Of a stretch of DNA of 64,000 nucleotides, positions 26,413 through 39,314 are shown in pieces. The translations under genes and the position numbers were made by a program. The notes beneath the pieces were generated by a model. That model worked only from the letters and a program-made list of their open reading frames with translations, ran no database searches and was not told the DNA's origin. The number at the start of each line of letters is the position of its first letter. The stretch's first letter is position 1. Origin of the DNA: Octopus vulgaris (lineage: Eukaryota); NCBI GenBank assembly GCA_951406725.2, contig OX597833.1, forward strand, positions 17,236,001 to 17,300,000. The letters are read 5' to 3'.

Positions 26413-27324
26413 TATATATATACATACATACATACATACATACATACATACATACATACATACATGATACATGCATACACACGAAGGCATATATAATTAT
26501 ATACATATAGTGAGAGAGAGAGAGGAAGAGAGAGTGAGTGAGTGAGTGTCTGTGTGCGCGTGTGGGTGAGCGCGCACGTATGAATGAGTTAGAGAGAGAG
26601 ACGGAGAAGTAAGACATGCATATTCTTTGATATGCAGAACAAGAGCACTCACTGTAAAAGAATTTCATAGAGTGAGATTTGTATAGAATTATCTTCATTG
26701 ATATCCAATGATGTCGATAATTTGTTTCTATTGAATTTATGTACTTGTTTTATGATGGCTGTATAAGCCTGTTTTCTACCTAAAAGAACCCTGGCATAAG
26801 AGGTCATAAGATTTAGAGCGCAGTTGATACCAACAGTTTTTTATGCCAACCTGTTTCCGAGTACGTAGTAGCTAAAGAGTGTTCCTCCCATACGGGACAG
26901 CCCTTGATTCTCCTTGCCCCCGGGTCCCCCAAAACCTCTACAGGCTTATACAGCAGGCCCAAAGTGCTGCCCCATAAAAACATCGCCTAAATTCCCCTGG
27001 CCCTTCTTTTTCGGCCATGCTATTGTCTGCTTTCGTTCGTTGGCAGCTGTGTCTGTGAGCCTCCTTTTTGCAGTTACTTTCGAAAAAAAGTCGCATCCAT
27101 AGAAACATTTTATCATTCAGGGAGGACGATTAGGTGTCTCAAACGTTCAGGAAGAAACCTCAATTCTATTAAAGATTTCGAATATTGGATTCAGCTGATG
27201 TTTGTATTAACGCCTCGGAATTTCTACTGGGTGTTTTCCTTCTTGTAATTGTCTATACACAAGTAGCTTCCCTGTCGATGATGTTGTCAAGGACTTCAAT
27301 TCATGATGTTAGTTGTGAAGTATG

Positions 27325-27710
27325 TTCCTTCTCGAGCCATGCCTGGCTCACAAGGGCCGACTTCCCGGTTTCCTTGGCGTATAGGTTCCCCGCCTGTCCG
27401 TCACAGTTGAGCTGCAAGATGCAGGAGGAAAGAGAGGGAGAGAGAGAAAGAGCGAGAGAGAGAGAGAGCGAAAGTTGTAGCGAAGGAGTCAACAGAAGTT
27501 CGCCATTGCCTTCTGCCGGAGCCGCGTGGAGCTTAGGTGTTTCGCTCATAAACACACACATCGCCCGGTCTGTGATTCGCCATTGCCTTCTGCGGAGCCG
27601 CGTGGAGCTTAGGTGTTTCGCTCATAAACACACACATCGCCCGGTCTGTGATTCGAACCCGCGATTCCTCGACCGCGAGTCCGCTGCTCTAACCACCCGG
27701 CCATGTGCCT
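27325..27710 (-). mobile_element. SINE family C, tail type 3, with internal ~77-bp duplication
   Basis: tRNA head (GGGTTCGAATC B box); 27500-27580 is duplicated at 27578-27657. Confidence 0.8.
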
Positions 27711-27824
27711 TCACGGTAGTTGTGAAGGTTCTTCATTAAGATATGAAAGATGCATAAAGGGGAAAACTATCAGCGCCACTTTAGCGTATATTCTACCTGG
27801 TCATTTACACTTTAGTGCGCAGTC

Positions 27825-27958
27825 TAACCGTAATTTTAACCCTAAACCCTAACACTAACCATTAAACCTTAACCCTTACCCTGGCCTAAACATAACCATA
27901 ATCATTAAGCCCTAAATCCTTAACCCTAATCATAAACTCTAATCCCAATCCTTACCCA
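27825..27958 (-). repeat. Highly degenerate (CCCTAA)n tract
   Basis: AACCCTAAACCCTAACACTAACC...TAACCCTAATC. Confidence 0.6.
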
Positions 27959-28039
27959 GATCAGATCGTTTCACAGCGTAAACTACAGATACTGCGGTGG
28001 GCTGCCTCTATTGGGACAGGTCAAACAGATTTATGGTCT

Positions 28040-28200
28040 TATTTAATTTATATTTTGTACACTGGGAACCCTGGCGGTCAAGTTAGAACAACTAAAAGAA
28101 CCAATGACTGTACTTCTCAGCTTCAATATGCTGATGATAACATCATCAGGGAACAGTCCTGAGGATCCAAAAACTACTTCAGATATTGTTTACGCCATAA
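28040..28200 (+). pseudogene. Short LINE reverse-transcriptase relic
   Basis: LQYADDN motif near 28121-28141. Confidence 0.4.
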
Positions 28201-28809
28201 AAATTTAGAAACTTCGAGAGAGCGGGAAATAATTATTTCTAAATTCTTATAAGTTTCTAAATTCTTATAACATAATCAAAGTACAATACCCGTGGGTAAG
28301 AATTAGGTTTCTAAAATGGGTAAAGGCATTCGAAGGATAGCTTTGGTTCAGTAGCAGAACAATGTCTGTTGTGTTTTTGGATGATATGGGTTTAGGTCCC
28401 ACGAGCAGCTGTTGTCTATTGATTTTTTCTACCTAAAGGGTATTTTTTTTAAAACAACATTTACATACTATTATTTACATCTGTACCTTATCTTAAGGCG
28501 ACGAGCTGGCAAAATCGCTAACACGTCAGGCGAAATGCTTAGCAGCATTTTCCAAACCACCTTCTGCCGAGGTCGACATTGCATTTCATCCTTCAAGTGG
28601 CAATAAAATAAGTACCTGCTGAGCACCCCTTTCACACAATTGTCCTCCAATATATATATTGTTTTTAAAAACTGCACGTCCATATGAGATGTTATCTCTG
28701 GACGAATACCGCAGTAAATATGCCTTTTAATGATGTATTTATATTAAGTATGATACATAGATGGCTATTTTAGTTTTAATGCGATTGTTTTGCATATAAC
28801 GGTTGTTTA

Positions 28810-28989
28810 CAGTGCCGTCTGAAGACATGGGCAAACTGGACAGTTACCCAGTGGATCCACATGTTTAGGCACATGTTTAGGGGCCTAATTCTGATATATG
28901 TATTCTGTGTCTTAATGTCAATATATAAATTCCATAGGGTCCAGTTCACTCATTTACGCGGGGCCTAAAATGTTGATAAGACGGCCCTG
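28810..28989. mobile_element. hAT-like MITE
   Basis: Termini CAGTGCCGTCT...AGACGGCCCTG; TSD not preserved. Confidence 0.55.
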
Positions 28990-28995
28990 GACATA

Positions 28996-29207
28996 CACTG
29001 GCAAAAATAAATTTAAGACCGATAATAAAAGTTCTATTTCTTACAAAATATTTTGTTACTAACACCATACAAATCATTTTCATCTGTTACACCTTATGCA
29101 GAATTTATTTCACTTTCGAATGATGCAGACAATAACTATTTTTATACATAAATATTTTGTAAGAAATAGAACTTTTATCATTGGTCTTAAATTTATTTTC
29201 GCCAGTG
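28996..29207. mobile_element. Tc1/mariner-type MITE
   Basis: TA flanks; ~58-bp TIRs CACTGGC(A/G)AAAATAAATTTAAGACC...CTTACAAAATATTT. Confidence 0.9.
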
Positions 29208-29299
29208 TATATTGAATATTTTAGATACGATAAATGAAGGAACAACTTTCAAAATACCATTTTGAATGTAAAAGAATTCGTATTCCATTATTAGACTTC

Positions 29300-29870
29300 A
29301 ACATAGGTCTTCCCGGTAGCAAGCTTTCTCCACCGTTGCCGATCTGCAGCGGTTCTACCAGTATTTAATGTTTTCCTGGAGTATCTGGTGCTAGCTGTTT
29401 TTGTGGGGTCGACACTTTTTCCCTTTTGTTTTTCTGCTAACGATATCATTTGCAGTTTTTGCACACCGAGTTGCTGTTAAGCGCAAAATGTGACCAACCA
29501 GGCGAAACCGATGTACTGCTGGCTGGGATTTTGCTTCGTGGAAGGATTTTCTTACATGCATTTTCCGTAGACACCATTGATGGAATACATCTAGTTCCTT
29601 GGCACATTCGCCGACATTTTCCACGTTTCACTGCTATTCAAATCCTTTAGCAGAACTATTACCCTTTATAACACGGCCGCACGGCCTTTATATCAATACC
29701 GATTCTTGTTGTTATCCAGAATTGGCGCATAGGATGAAATAGGTCCCCTACTTGACCATTCTGTTGTTCATATTCTTTTCTATTTCTTCCTCTATTCTGA
29801 CCACACTGCCCAGGTAAGAGAAATTGCAAATATCTTCCACAGCAGATGAAGTAAATGTCGGTGTCATACT
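29300..29870 (-). pseudogene. RTE-like LINE C-terminal fragment
   Basis: FSYLGSVV, ETWK, LDVFHQWCLRK and RFRLVGHILR motifs across frameshifts. Confidence 0.72.
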
Positions 29871-29921
29871 TGCATCTCTGTTCTATAAAAGCCTAACAAC
29901 CACTAAAGAAACAAATGAAAA

Positions 29922-30514
29922 GGCAGCGAGCTAGCAGAAACGCTGCACGCCGGCGAAATGCTTAGCCATATTTCGTCTGCCGCTACGTTCTGAGTTCAAA
30001 TTCCGCCGAGGTCGACTTTGCCTTTCACCCTTTCGGGGTCGATAAATTAAGTACCAGTTACGCACTAGGGTTCACGTAATCGACATAATCCGTTTGTCTG
30101 TCCTTGTTTGTCGCCTCTGTGTTTAACCCCTTGCGGGTAGTAAAGAAATAGGTATTTCGTCTGGCGCTATGTTCTGAGTTCAAATTCCGCCGAGGTCGAC
30201 TTTGCTTTTCATCCTTTCGGGGTCGATAAATTAAGTACTAGTTACGAACTGGGGTCGATATAATCGACTTAATACGTTTGTCTGTCCTTGTTTGTCCCCT
30301 CTGTGTTTAGCCCCTTGTGGGTAGTAAAGAAATAGGGATTTCGTCTGCCGTTACGTTCTGAGTTCAAATTCCGCCGAGGTCGTCTTTGCTTTTCATCTTT
30401 TCGAGGTCGATAAATTAAGTACCAGTTACTGGGGTCGATATAATCGACTTAATCCGTTTGTCTGTCCTTGTTTGTCCACTCTATGTTTAACCCATGGGCA
30501 ATAAAGAAATAAGA
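29922..30514 (+). mobile_element. SINE family B trimer
   Basis: Three ~184-bp units; ends AAGAAATAAGAA. Confidence 0.9.
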
Positions 30515-30629
30515 ACCTACTTCATATGGTTTCTCTTGTGATGATTGTGAACTCCAAGCACGCAGCGAGGCAGGGCTTGCTTCCCACATTAACAAGCATA
30601 AACCTACTCAATATCACCATCATTTAGTG

Positions 30630-30810
30630 AAATCTTTCTTGAGAACATACTCTTCGTGGTAAGGCGATTTGATGTCTATCTTTAGCATATTTGGAATCCA
30701 CTTTCATGGTCATTCCTCTTAAATTGTATGTAATATAATTTTTAATCTTCGGATTTTTAAAATAAGTCACTGGTTTTAATTGATTAATATCAGTTTCTAC
30801 CCTCATTATC
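30630..30810 (+). mobile_element. PLE pseudo-LTR-like repeat
   Basis: Homologous to 39390-39570, which follows the intact hammerhead, and to pieces at 43400-43660. Confidence 0.55.
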
Positions 30811-31479
30811 TAATATTTATTTCAATGTTTAAAAAAAATCTGACTGAATCTTACGTCAAAACTGTAGTGAAAATTTTCAACATGTGTTCCGTCTCAATCC
30901 CTACAAATTTCAAATCTATCCTTAGCATTGCGACCCCCATTTTGAAACATTTCAGGAGTTATCTACTGCACTGCTAACTGAATGCGTTCAGCTAAACTAT
31001 TGCTCTACCCTGTGAGTGGAGGCAGAGAAAATGATTGCAGTCATATTGTAAAAAAAAACTGTCGTGGACCAATAAGCAAGATCTGACAGAAATGAAAAAA
31101 AATTATTAAAAAAATTATTTAAAAAATTATAAAAAATAAAATTATAAGGAAAATTAAACATTTGTACTCTTTTTACGCATATTAAACATGATAAATATAA
31201 ATAAAAGTGAGTTTTGAAAAAATTGTCCAATTTCACTGAAATAAATAATTAATTCTGGGACACCCAGTATATTCGGCCTGTTGCTTCTTATTCTTCCCTC
31301 TACAACGTCATTTCGTTGTTTCCCACAGCTTGCATTTTTGTTCCCACGAAATAATCATAGCTTTTCCCCTACATACAAAACCTAATTTTTTTACATACAA
31401 AACCTAATTTTGCAAAAAAATTCCGATGAATTATTGCAACAGCCTTATCATGCCAATAAGTTTTGTGTTATAGCACAGG

Positions 31480-31870
31480 TATCAGCTATGTGGTTAAGAA
31501 GCATACTTTGCAATAACGTGGTTTTGGTTTCGGCCCCACTACGCAAAAATTTGAGCAAGTGCCGCCTCCAGGCTGACCAATAACTTGTGAGTGAATTTGG
31601 TAGACGGAAACAGTGGAAATCTACCGTGTACATATGTGTATATATATTTATTCTTTTATTTGTTTCAGTCATTTGATTGCGGCCATACTGGAGCACCACC
31701 TTAAAGGGCATTTTTAGTCGAAGAAATCGACCCCAGGACTTATTCTTTTTAAGCCTAGTACTTATTCTATAGGTCTCCTTTGCTGAATCGCTAAGTTACG
31801 GGGACGTACGTAAACATATCAACATCGGTTGTCAAGCGATGGCGGCGGGACAAACGCAGCCACACACATA
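31480..31870. mobile_element. Two SINE A halves in opposite orientation
   Basis: 5' half on + (31480-31630), 3' half on - (31650-31870). Confidence 0.7.
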
Positions 31871-31929
31871 AACACATACATACATAGATACATACATACA
31901 TACATACATACATACATACATACATACAT

Positions 31930-32016
<87 letters not shown>

Positions 32017-32134
32017 AATATATATAAAAATACAAAATGGGACAAGAACGCAAAACATTCAAATAGACGACACAAAAAAGGGACGGGTCATTCGAAGTCT
32101 CTAATCTTCAGTCAAGAACCAGATCATCCTCGCA

Positions 32135-32196
<62 letters not shown>

Positions 32197-32239
32197 GTGT
32201 GTATGTATGTATGTATGTATGTATGTATGTATATATATT

Positions 32240-32530
32240 GCATGGTCACATGATCGACCAGATTCTCGGATGTTGCTATACATCGCTAGTCACAATGCTC
32301 TTTACATCGTTTTAGCCTTCGAATGATGCCACCCCGCTGGCAAGGCGGCCAACATCATCCGTGATAACAAGTCTGGTCCGTCGCAAGGTTACCTATTTAC
32401 AGGTAAGTGAACTGGAGCATCGTTAAATTAAGTGTCTTGCTCAAGAACACAATGCGCAGCCGGCCTGGTATTCGAAACCACGATCTTAGAGTCATGAGTG
32501 CGACGTATCTAAACACTAGGCTGTGCGCCT
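32240..32530 (-). mobile_element. SINE with D-type head/core and C-type-2 tail
   Basis: TTGAGCAAGACACTT core on the minus strand plus the tail shared with 21410-21512. Confidence 0.7.
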
Positions 32531-32576
32531 TTACACACAAACACACATGTGTCTGTGCGTATGTATAAACACAGAT

Positions 32577-32611
<35 letters not shown>

Positions 32612-32631
32612 TACACACACACACACATTTA

Positions 32632-32850
32632 CAGGGTGATTCAAAAGTCGTCATACATAGGAACAATTTATCTTTTTTATAAGAAACAGTTTATAAGAAT
32701 AGTTTTTTTTTATGCAACAGGCTCTGTATGGTTACCATTGTTTTGAATACACATTGCAATACGTTTAGCCCACTCATTGTGAACTCGTAATAGCAAATCT
32801 GGTGATACGTGTGCAAAGGAGTTGGTGATGCGTTCCTTCAAATGATTTTA
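32632..32850 (-). mobile_element. Tc1/mariner-superfamily transposon right end with transposase C-terminus
   Basis: TA|CAGGGTGATTCAAAAGTC TIR; LKERITNSFAHVSPDLLLRVHNEWAKRIAMCIQNNGNHTE. Confidence 0.75.
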
Positions 32851-32861
32851 TCGACGGTATA

Positions 32862-33092
32862 GGCGGCAAGCTGGCAGAAACGTTAGCACGCCGGGCGAAA
32901 TGCGTAGCCGCATTTCGTCAGCAGTTACGTTCTGAGTTCAAATTCCGCCGAGGTCGACTTTGCTTTTCATCCTTTCGGGGTCGATTAAATAAGTGCCAGT
33001 TACGCACTGGGGTCGATATAATCGACTTAATCTGTTTGTCTGTCGTTGTTTGTCCTCTGTGTGTTTAGCCCCTTGTGGGTAGTAAAGAAATA
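32862..33092 (+). mobile_element. SINE family B monomer (tail 2) inserted in an opposite-strand SINE B relic
   Basis: Preceded by GGTAT and followed by GGTATTTG. Confidence 0.88.
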
Positions 33093-33172
33093 GGTATTTG
33101 ATCTCAGAATGTCGAGGTGGAAGAAATGCCGTTAAGCATTCTGCCAGCTCGCCGCCTTAGATATATAAACGA

Positions 33173-33474
33173 CTAGCAGTATCGCCCGGCGTTGCTCGGG
33201 TTTGTAAGGGAAATAACTATATAAGCATTTTTAGAGAGTTACTTCCCTTATATAATAGCAAAAAAATGCATTAAAAATGGGGAAAATTATGGTAAATTTT
33301 TTTTCAAATTGTAGACTCATCGTAGACGCGCGCTAATACCCAGAAGGGCGCGATATGAATCACGACTATAAGATACCCGGTTTTGGTTAAACTGCACCGC
33401 AAAATGTGGGAGTAGTTAGGAATCTAAATCGTAGGAGACAGACACTCACACAACTTCACTTTTATATATAAAGA
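33173..33474 (-). mobile_element. Non-autonomous Helitron, same family as 2016-2411
   Basis: A|TC start, hairpin, CTAG|T end; high identity to copy 1. Confidence 0.85.
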
Positions 33475-33757
33475 TAATGATAATATAGCAACATAGCTAT
33501 TAGTGAGAGATTATCAATCCAGGCAAAATACCTCATAAGCTCTCTGTTGGCACACCAGGCTAACAATATCACTTAGATTAGTAAAGAGTTCCCTGTATTC
33601 TTATAGCAGGGTCCAAGGTTATAGTTCGTCACCATTCTATATTGTAAATCCGTGGTTGCGTTCCAGTCAAGCTGGTTTTCATACAGAGTGATATAGAGGA
33701 CAAGGTGTAAATAATGGTCATTAAATATATGCCCTTTTTTGGAGCAAATTTGTGAAG

Positions 33758-34063
33758 GCGCATGGCTCAGTGCTTAGAGCGTCGAGCTTACGATCGTGAG
33801 GTTGTGAGTTCGAATCCCGGACCGGGCTGCGTGTTGTGATCTTGAGCAAGACACTTTATTTCACGTTGCTCCAGTTCACTCAGCTGTAGAAATGAGTTGC
33901 GACATCACTGGTGCCCAGCTGTATCGGCCCCTTTGCCTTTCCCTTGGATAACAGCAGTGGTGAGGAGAGGGGACGCTTCCATAAACAACCTTGCCCGGAC
34001 TTGTGCCTCGGAGGGTAACTTTCTAGGTGCAATCCCATGGTCATTCATGACCGAAGGGGGTTT
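33758..34063 (+). mobile_element. SINE family D
   Basis: TGGCTCAGTG A box, GAGTTCGAATCCC B box, CORE-like block. Confidence 0.85.
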
Positions 34064-34623
34064 CCTCCGATTGGAGCAAATTTACTCTAATAAAGGAAAA
34101 TATGTAATGACCATTATTTATAACTTGTCTAAAAAAATGGACTATAGTATCTTGGTATAAAAGATGGGCTGCAGTAAATATTCTGCTCAATATGCCCTAG
34201 GCAGTAGCTCTGATGCAGTACCGTGCAGTGGCTAATGCACTGATGCATTACCAAGCAGCGGCTCTCATGGCTTCTGATCTTAACTGATTGGAAGTGTTAT
34301 TATGTACCTTGTTTTGCCTTGGTATAAAAAATGGTCTTACAGCAAATATTCTGCTCAATGCCACAGATATGTTTGTCAGTTGTTTGACCTTAACCAGTTG
34401 AGCATATTCCTTGGTGGCTGACGATATGTGCATCTCAGATAGCGAGCAGAAGTAGTGGGGGAGCATCATAGCCATGTGTTGAGAGGAATTGTTTGGTGTT
34501 TGGATAGTACACCTCTAGAAACATGGGTGTTTCGTTCAACATCCTTAAACAACACTTATTCAGGGATCGTAAGCCGAATACCCTACTAAGCTACGCGCTT
34601 TTATATCTCTCTATCTATCTCTA

Positions 34624-34687
<64 letters not shown>

Positions 34688-34754
34688 ACACACACATGCA
34701 CACACATGCACACATGCACACGCACAAGCACATGAATATATACATACATATACA

Positions 34755-34972
34755 TTCTTTTCTACTCTAGGCACAAAGCCCCAAATTTTGGCGGGGAGGG
34801 GGGGGCAGTCGATTAGATCGACCCCAGTACGCAACTGTACTTAATTTATCGACCCAGAGAGAGGACAAACAAGGACAGACCTCGGCGGAATTTGAACTCA
34901 GAACGTAGCGGCAGACGAAATACCGCTTAGCATTTCGCCCGGCGTGCTAATGTATCTGCCAGCTCTCCACCT
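34755..34972 (-). mobile_element. Internally deleted SINE family B
   Basis: Head and tail present; AGGACAGAC|CTCGGCGG junction. Confidence 0.75.
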
Positions 34973-35084
34973 TTACATACATACATACATACATACATGC
35001 ATACATACATACATACATACATACATACATACATACATACATACATACATACATACATAATACATACATACATACATACATACA

Positions 35085-35117
<33 letters not shown>

Positions 35118-35420
35118 CTTACGACGTCGAAGGTTCCAGTTGACCCGATCAACGGAACAGCCTACACTTGAAATTATCATTGCATGTCGCTGAGCACTCT
35201 ACAGACATGCATACCCTTAAGGTTGTTCTCAAGGAGATTCAGCATCACTCAGAATGTTTTAAGGCTGGTCCTTTGAATTACAGGTACTGCTCATTTTTGC
35301 CAGTTGACTGGACTGGAGCAACGAGAAATAAAGTGTCTTGCTCAAGGACACAGCGCACCGCCGGGAATCGAACCGACGATCTAACGACCGTGAGCCAAAT
35401 ATCCTTACCACTATGCCACG
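35118..35420 (-). mobile_element. SINE with D-type core and a tail shared with 63730-63886
   Basis: GCTGTTCCGTTGATCGG.TCAACTGGAACC tail; GGTTCGATTCCC B box. Confidence 0.7.
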
Positions 35421-35916
35421 CGACTTCACTGGCGGTTTGAAAAAGGGCCTTAATCTGGTTATAACATTCTGAAAGGATACAGAAATGAAGTTCTAATGTT
35501 ACTGTAAAGCGATGGCGAACTATTGATATAAGACTGACATTTGATGACATTTGATGACATTTCTGACTTTCTGAATGTCACACGTACTTAGGGATGGATA
35601 TAAATTCATCCTATGATGGAACTTGAAACAATGAACACATAACCAGGGAATATAGCACTCATATATATACACATATATATATAGCCGTAACCAAAGGAAT
35701 CTAATGCTCTTAGCTTAGTTTTTCCTTGGGGCTGGCCAGATTAAAGCAATCTCAAGATTAATCAGCCGAAATTGCGAGGATGATCCGGTCCTTGACTGAA
35801 GATAAAAGGCTTCGAATGATCCGTCCTTGTTTTTTTGTATCGTCTATTTGGATGTTTTGTTGTCCCCTTTTGTATCACCTAATTGTCCTGATGTTTTGCG
35901 TTCTTGTACCATTTTG

Positions 35917-35994
<78 letters not shown>

Positions 35995-35996
<2 letters not shown>

Positions 35997-36210
35997 CCCA
36001 CAATTATCTGAACTCCCTGTATACGATGTGTTTGCTTTATCAGCACACATTTGGGTATTCGATTGGCCGTTAGATGAGATCCGAGTCATTGATGCTAATA
36101 CCCAAAAACTGATGACTAACACCAGAAATTTCGACATCAACAATGTTTTAGACCGGATTTATCTAAAACGAGGAGAAACAGGCAGGGGTTTAACATCGAT
36201 TCAAGCAGTT
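35995..36210 (+). pseudogene. R4/Dong-type LINE RT-thumb fragment
   Basis: FDWPLDEIRVIDANTQKLMTNTRNFDINNVLDRIYLKRGETGRGLTSI matches W...E...ID.KTRK.LT....FH....VDRLYL.R..GGRGL. Confidence 0.8.
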
Positions 36211-36569
36211 GTAGCTAGACTAATGTCTATTATGGAATATTGAAGTCAATCAGGTTTTTTGTAGGTTCAACACGTTAATCTATAACGATTGGTCGATTTA
36301 CCCATCATGTGAGTTTTGAACATTGGTCGAGTCCTGTGTTGTGATTGGTTGAGAGTATTGTGCGGGATTTGGATCAAAGATCCAATCCCATTGCGTGTAA
36401 TACGCTCTGAAACAACTAATTGGTATCATTTCTGGAGCCTACCTTTTTACCATAGATTGGCGCAAAAGATTCTCTAAGGGCAAAAGAGTGAGAGTTTTTC
36501 ATCAAGGCAAGTTATGCTGATTTCCTGCCGTTTTCCACCAGAGAAAAATTAATATAACAGAGCACATAA

Positions 36570-36925
36570 GGCGGCGAGCTGGCAGAATCGTTAGCACGCC
36601 AGGTGAAATGCTTAGCAGTATTTCGTCTGCCGTTACGTTCTGAGTTCAAATTCCGCCGAGGTCTACTTTGCCTTTCATCCTTTCGAGGTCGATAAATTAA
36701 GTACCAGTTAATCCGTTTGTCTGTCCTTGTTTGTCCCCTCTGTGTTTAGCCCCTTGTGGGTAGTAAATAAATAGGTATTTCGTCTGTCTTTACGTTCTGA
36801 ATTCAAATTCCGCCGAGGTCGACTTTGCCTTTCATCCTTTCGGAGTCGCTAAATAAAGTACCAGTTGTGTTCTGGTATCTAATCCACTGGAAATTATCGG
36901 GTTGTGTATACAATAGAAAGAGTAT
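36570..36925 (+). mobile_element. SINE family B dimer (tail-2 unit then tail-1 unit)
   Basis: Junction AAATA|GGTATTTCG near 36774. Confidence 0.85.
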
Positions 36926-37876
36926 AACGCACATTCAACGACGACCCAGAAAGAATAAATGGAATTAGAAGAAAAAAAGACTAACTTCTGTCTCTATTAG
37001 AAGAGGAATAATCTAAGGTAACCTTTTCCGTTCATTTCTGCTTTGCTTTGGTACTATCAACTTTTATCGGCATATTAAATAGGACTGATATCTCAGATAC
37101 AAATGCTCTGATTGGACAATCAAACATGTTTTGTATTTGGTCGGCACCAAGTTATTCGATGCAGTTGTTAAAGCAACCAGTAAACATATTTATTGGAGGA
37201 ATTGATAAATGGTTCGGATTACAAAAGAGAACCTTGAAAAGAGGTAAATAAAAAGGACCAATGGCGAGCTGGCAGAATTGCTAACACGTCGGGCAAAATG
37301 CAAAGCAGCGTTTTTACCGGCTCTTTACGTTCTTAGTTCAAATCCCGTCGAAGTCAGCTTCGTTTTGCATCCCTTCTGGATCAATAAAAATAAACTATAA
37401 ATCAAGAACTGGTTTCGATGTAATCGACTTGTCCGCTTCCGACAAAACTACTGGGTCTTGAATCCTGCAACCTACCGGAGTCTCTTTCAAAGGGAATATC
37501 ATGATCCCGGTCATTTATACGCTATGGATCCCAGATAACTAGTCTTGTGAGTTTTAGGGTTCACGGGGAAGAATATTCATCATGTTAGATATTACAAGGA
37601 TTGCTGCACCGCACGTCGCATTGCCACACTACGGCAGAGATTTATGAGCGCCCGACAGCATTTCAGATTGCAGGTGTCAGAGTACTTTGGAAAACACAAA
37701 GCAGATTTCTTGAAACGAATCTCATCGAAAACCTAAGCCCTGGGCAAACTGACCCTCAATCCCTGTTTTATATGAAATTGCAAGTGACAAAATGGCGAGT
37801 GACAAAACTTTTTCAGTCTTCTACAAGAAGCTTCATGGCAGCATTTGACTTTCCGACTTGTAATTCTTGTTACGGA

Positions 37877-38166
37877 GGCGCAATGGCCCAGTGGTTAGGG
37901 CAGCGAACTCGCGGTCGGAGGATCGCGGTTTCGATTCCAACACCGAGCGTTATGTGTGTTTATTGAGCGAAAACACCTAAAGCTCCACGAGGCTCCACGG
38001 TGGCGACCCCTGTTGTACTCTTTCACCCCAACTTTCTCTCACTTTTTCTTCCTGTTTCTTGAGTAACGCTGCGATGCACTGGCGTCCCGTCCAGCTGGGG
38101 GAACACATACACCATAGAAACCGGGAAACCGGACCCATGAGCCTGGCTAGGCTTGAAAAGGGTGCA
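37877..38166 (+). mobile_element. SINE family C, V-like body
   Basis: Matches 13640-13940. Confidence 0.88.
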
Positions 38167-38424
38167 TAAAAAAATTTTTAATTCTTGTTACAGAATTCAT
38201 GGCATTTTTCGACAGTGATCACCAACAGCTCTGCTAACCCCAAAAACTCAGGCTACAGGCGATATTTTGCATATCCATCCTGCAAACCTAGAATAAAATC
38301 AAAGGTTTTATATATCCTCGCACATATTCCCCTTAAATTTTACATATCAAATTGCAAATTCTGCACGCATTTTCTGGCATACAGTTGTCTCGTTATCTTG
38401 CCTTCTTTTAATCTTCCTGTATAT

Positions 38425-39005
38425 TGGTTTCAAATTTTGGCACAAGGCTAGTGATTGTAAGTGAGGGTGCTAGTCGGTTACATCGATCCCAGTGCTCAGC
38501 TGGTACTTATTTTATTGACCCCGAAAGGACGAGGGGCAAAGTCGACCCCGATGGTATTTGAACTCAGAAAGTAAAGTCAGACGAAATACCTCTTTCTTTA
38601 CTACCCACAAGGGGCTAAACACAGAGGGGACAAACAAGGACAGACAAACGTATTAAGTCGATTACATCGATCCCAGTACGTAACTGGTACTTAATTTATC
38701 GACCCCGAAAGAATGAAAGGCAAAGTCGACCTCGGTGGAATTTGAACTCAGGACGTAGCGGCAGATCAAATACCTATTTCTTTACTACCCATAAGGGGCT
38801 AAACACAGAGGGGACAAACAAGGACAGACAAACGGATTAAGTCGATTATATCGATCCCAGTGCATAACTGGTACTTAATTTATCGATCCCGACAGGATGA
38901 AAGGCAAAGTCGATCTCGGCGGAATTTGAACTCAGAACGTAGCGGCAAACCAAATACCACTAAGCATTTCGCCCGGCGTGCTAACGTTTCTGCCAGCTCA
39001 CCGCC
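38425..39005 (-). mobile_element. SINE family B trimer ending in tail type 1
   Basis: Junctions at about 38590 and 38774. Confidence 0.9.
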
Positions 39006-39239
39006 TGGCGATTGTTAGATCAAGCATGAAGGATGCAGAAACACACTAGATTCATTCTGGTACTTATTCTAATAATCTTTTTTTTTTTTACAAAATTTCT
39101 CGGGTGCGGGGATGTAAACAAACCAACACTGGTTGTCAAATAGTGCTGGGTGTACAAACGCGGACAAGATCATCCCACATATATAAACGGTCAAGCGTTT
39201 TTGTATCTAGTCCTGGAAATTATGTTTGTATACGACAGA

Positions 39240-39314
39240 CTATGCTGATGAGCTTGCAGATTTTCACGTATCCATATGCGTGGATATTAACAAGCGAAAC
39301 TGATCGGTACATAG
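39240..39314 (+). ncRNA. Type I hammerhead ribozyme with intact core
   Basis: CTATG-CTGATGA-GCTTG-(34 nt)-CAAGC-GAAA-CT gatc GG-TA-CATAG: 5-bp stems I and II, short stem III with palindromic loop, GUA cleavage triplet. Confidence 0.85.

Noticed and set aside
29922-30514. CRISPR-like appearance of regularly spaced repeats
   Set aside because: The units are 184-bp SINE bodies with no unique spacers, there are no cas genes, and the context is eukaryotic.
35794-35826. CTGAAGA...GAAT motif (also 32083-32112 on minus)
   Set aside because: GAAA and the stem I/III elements are missing; treated as ordinary repeat sequence.
37048-37251. 67-aa ORF ending near GAG|GTAAAT
   Set aside because: Weak acceptor and no recognisable protein similarity.
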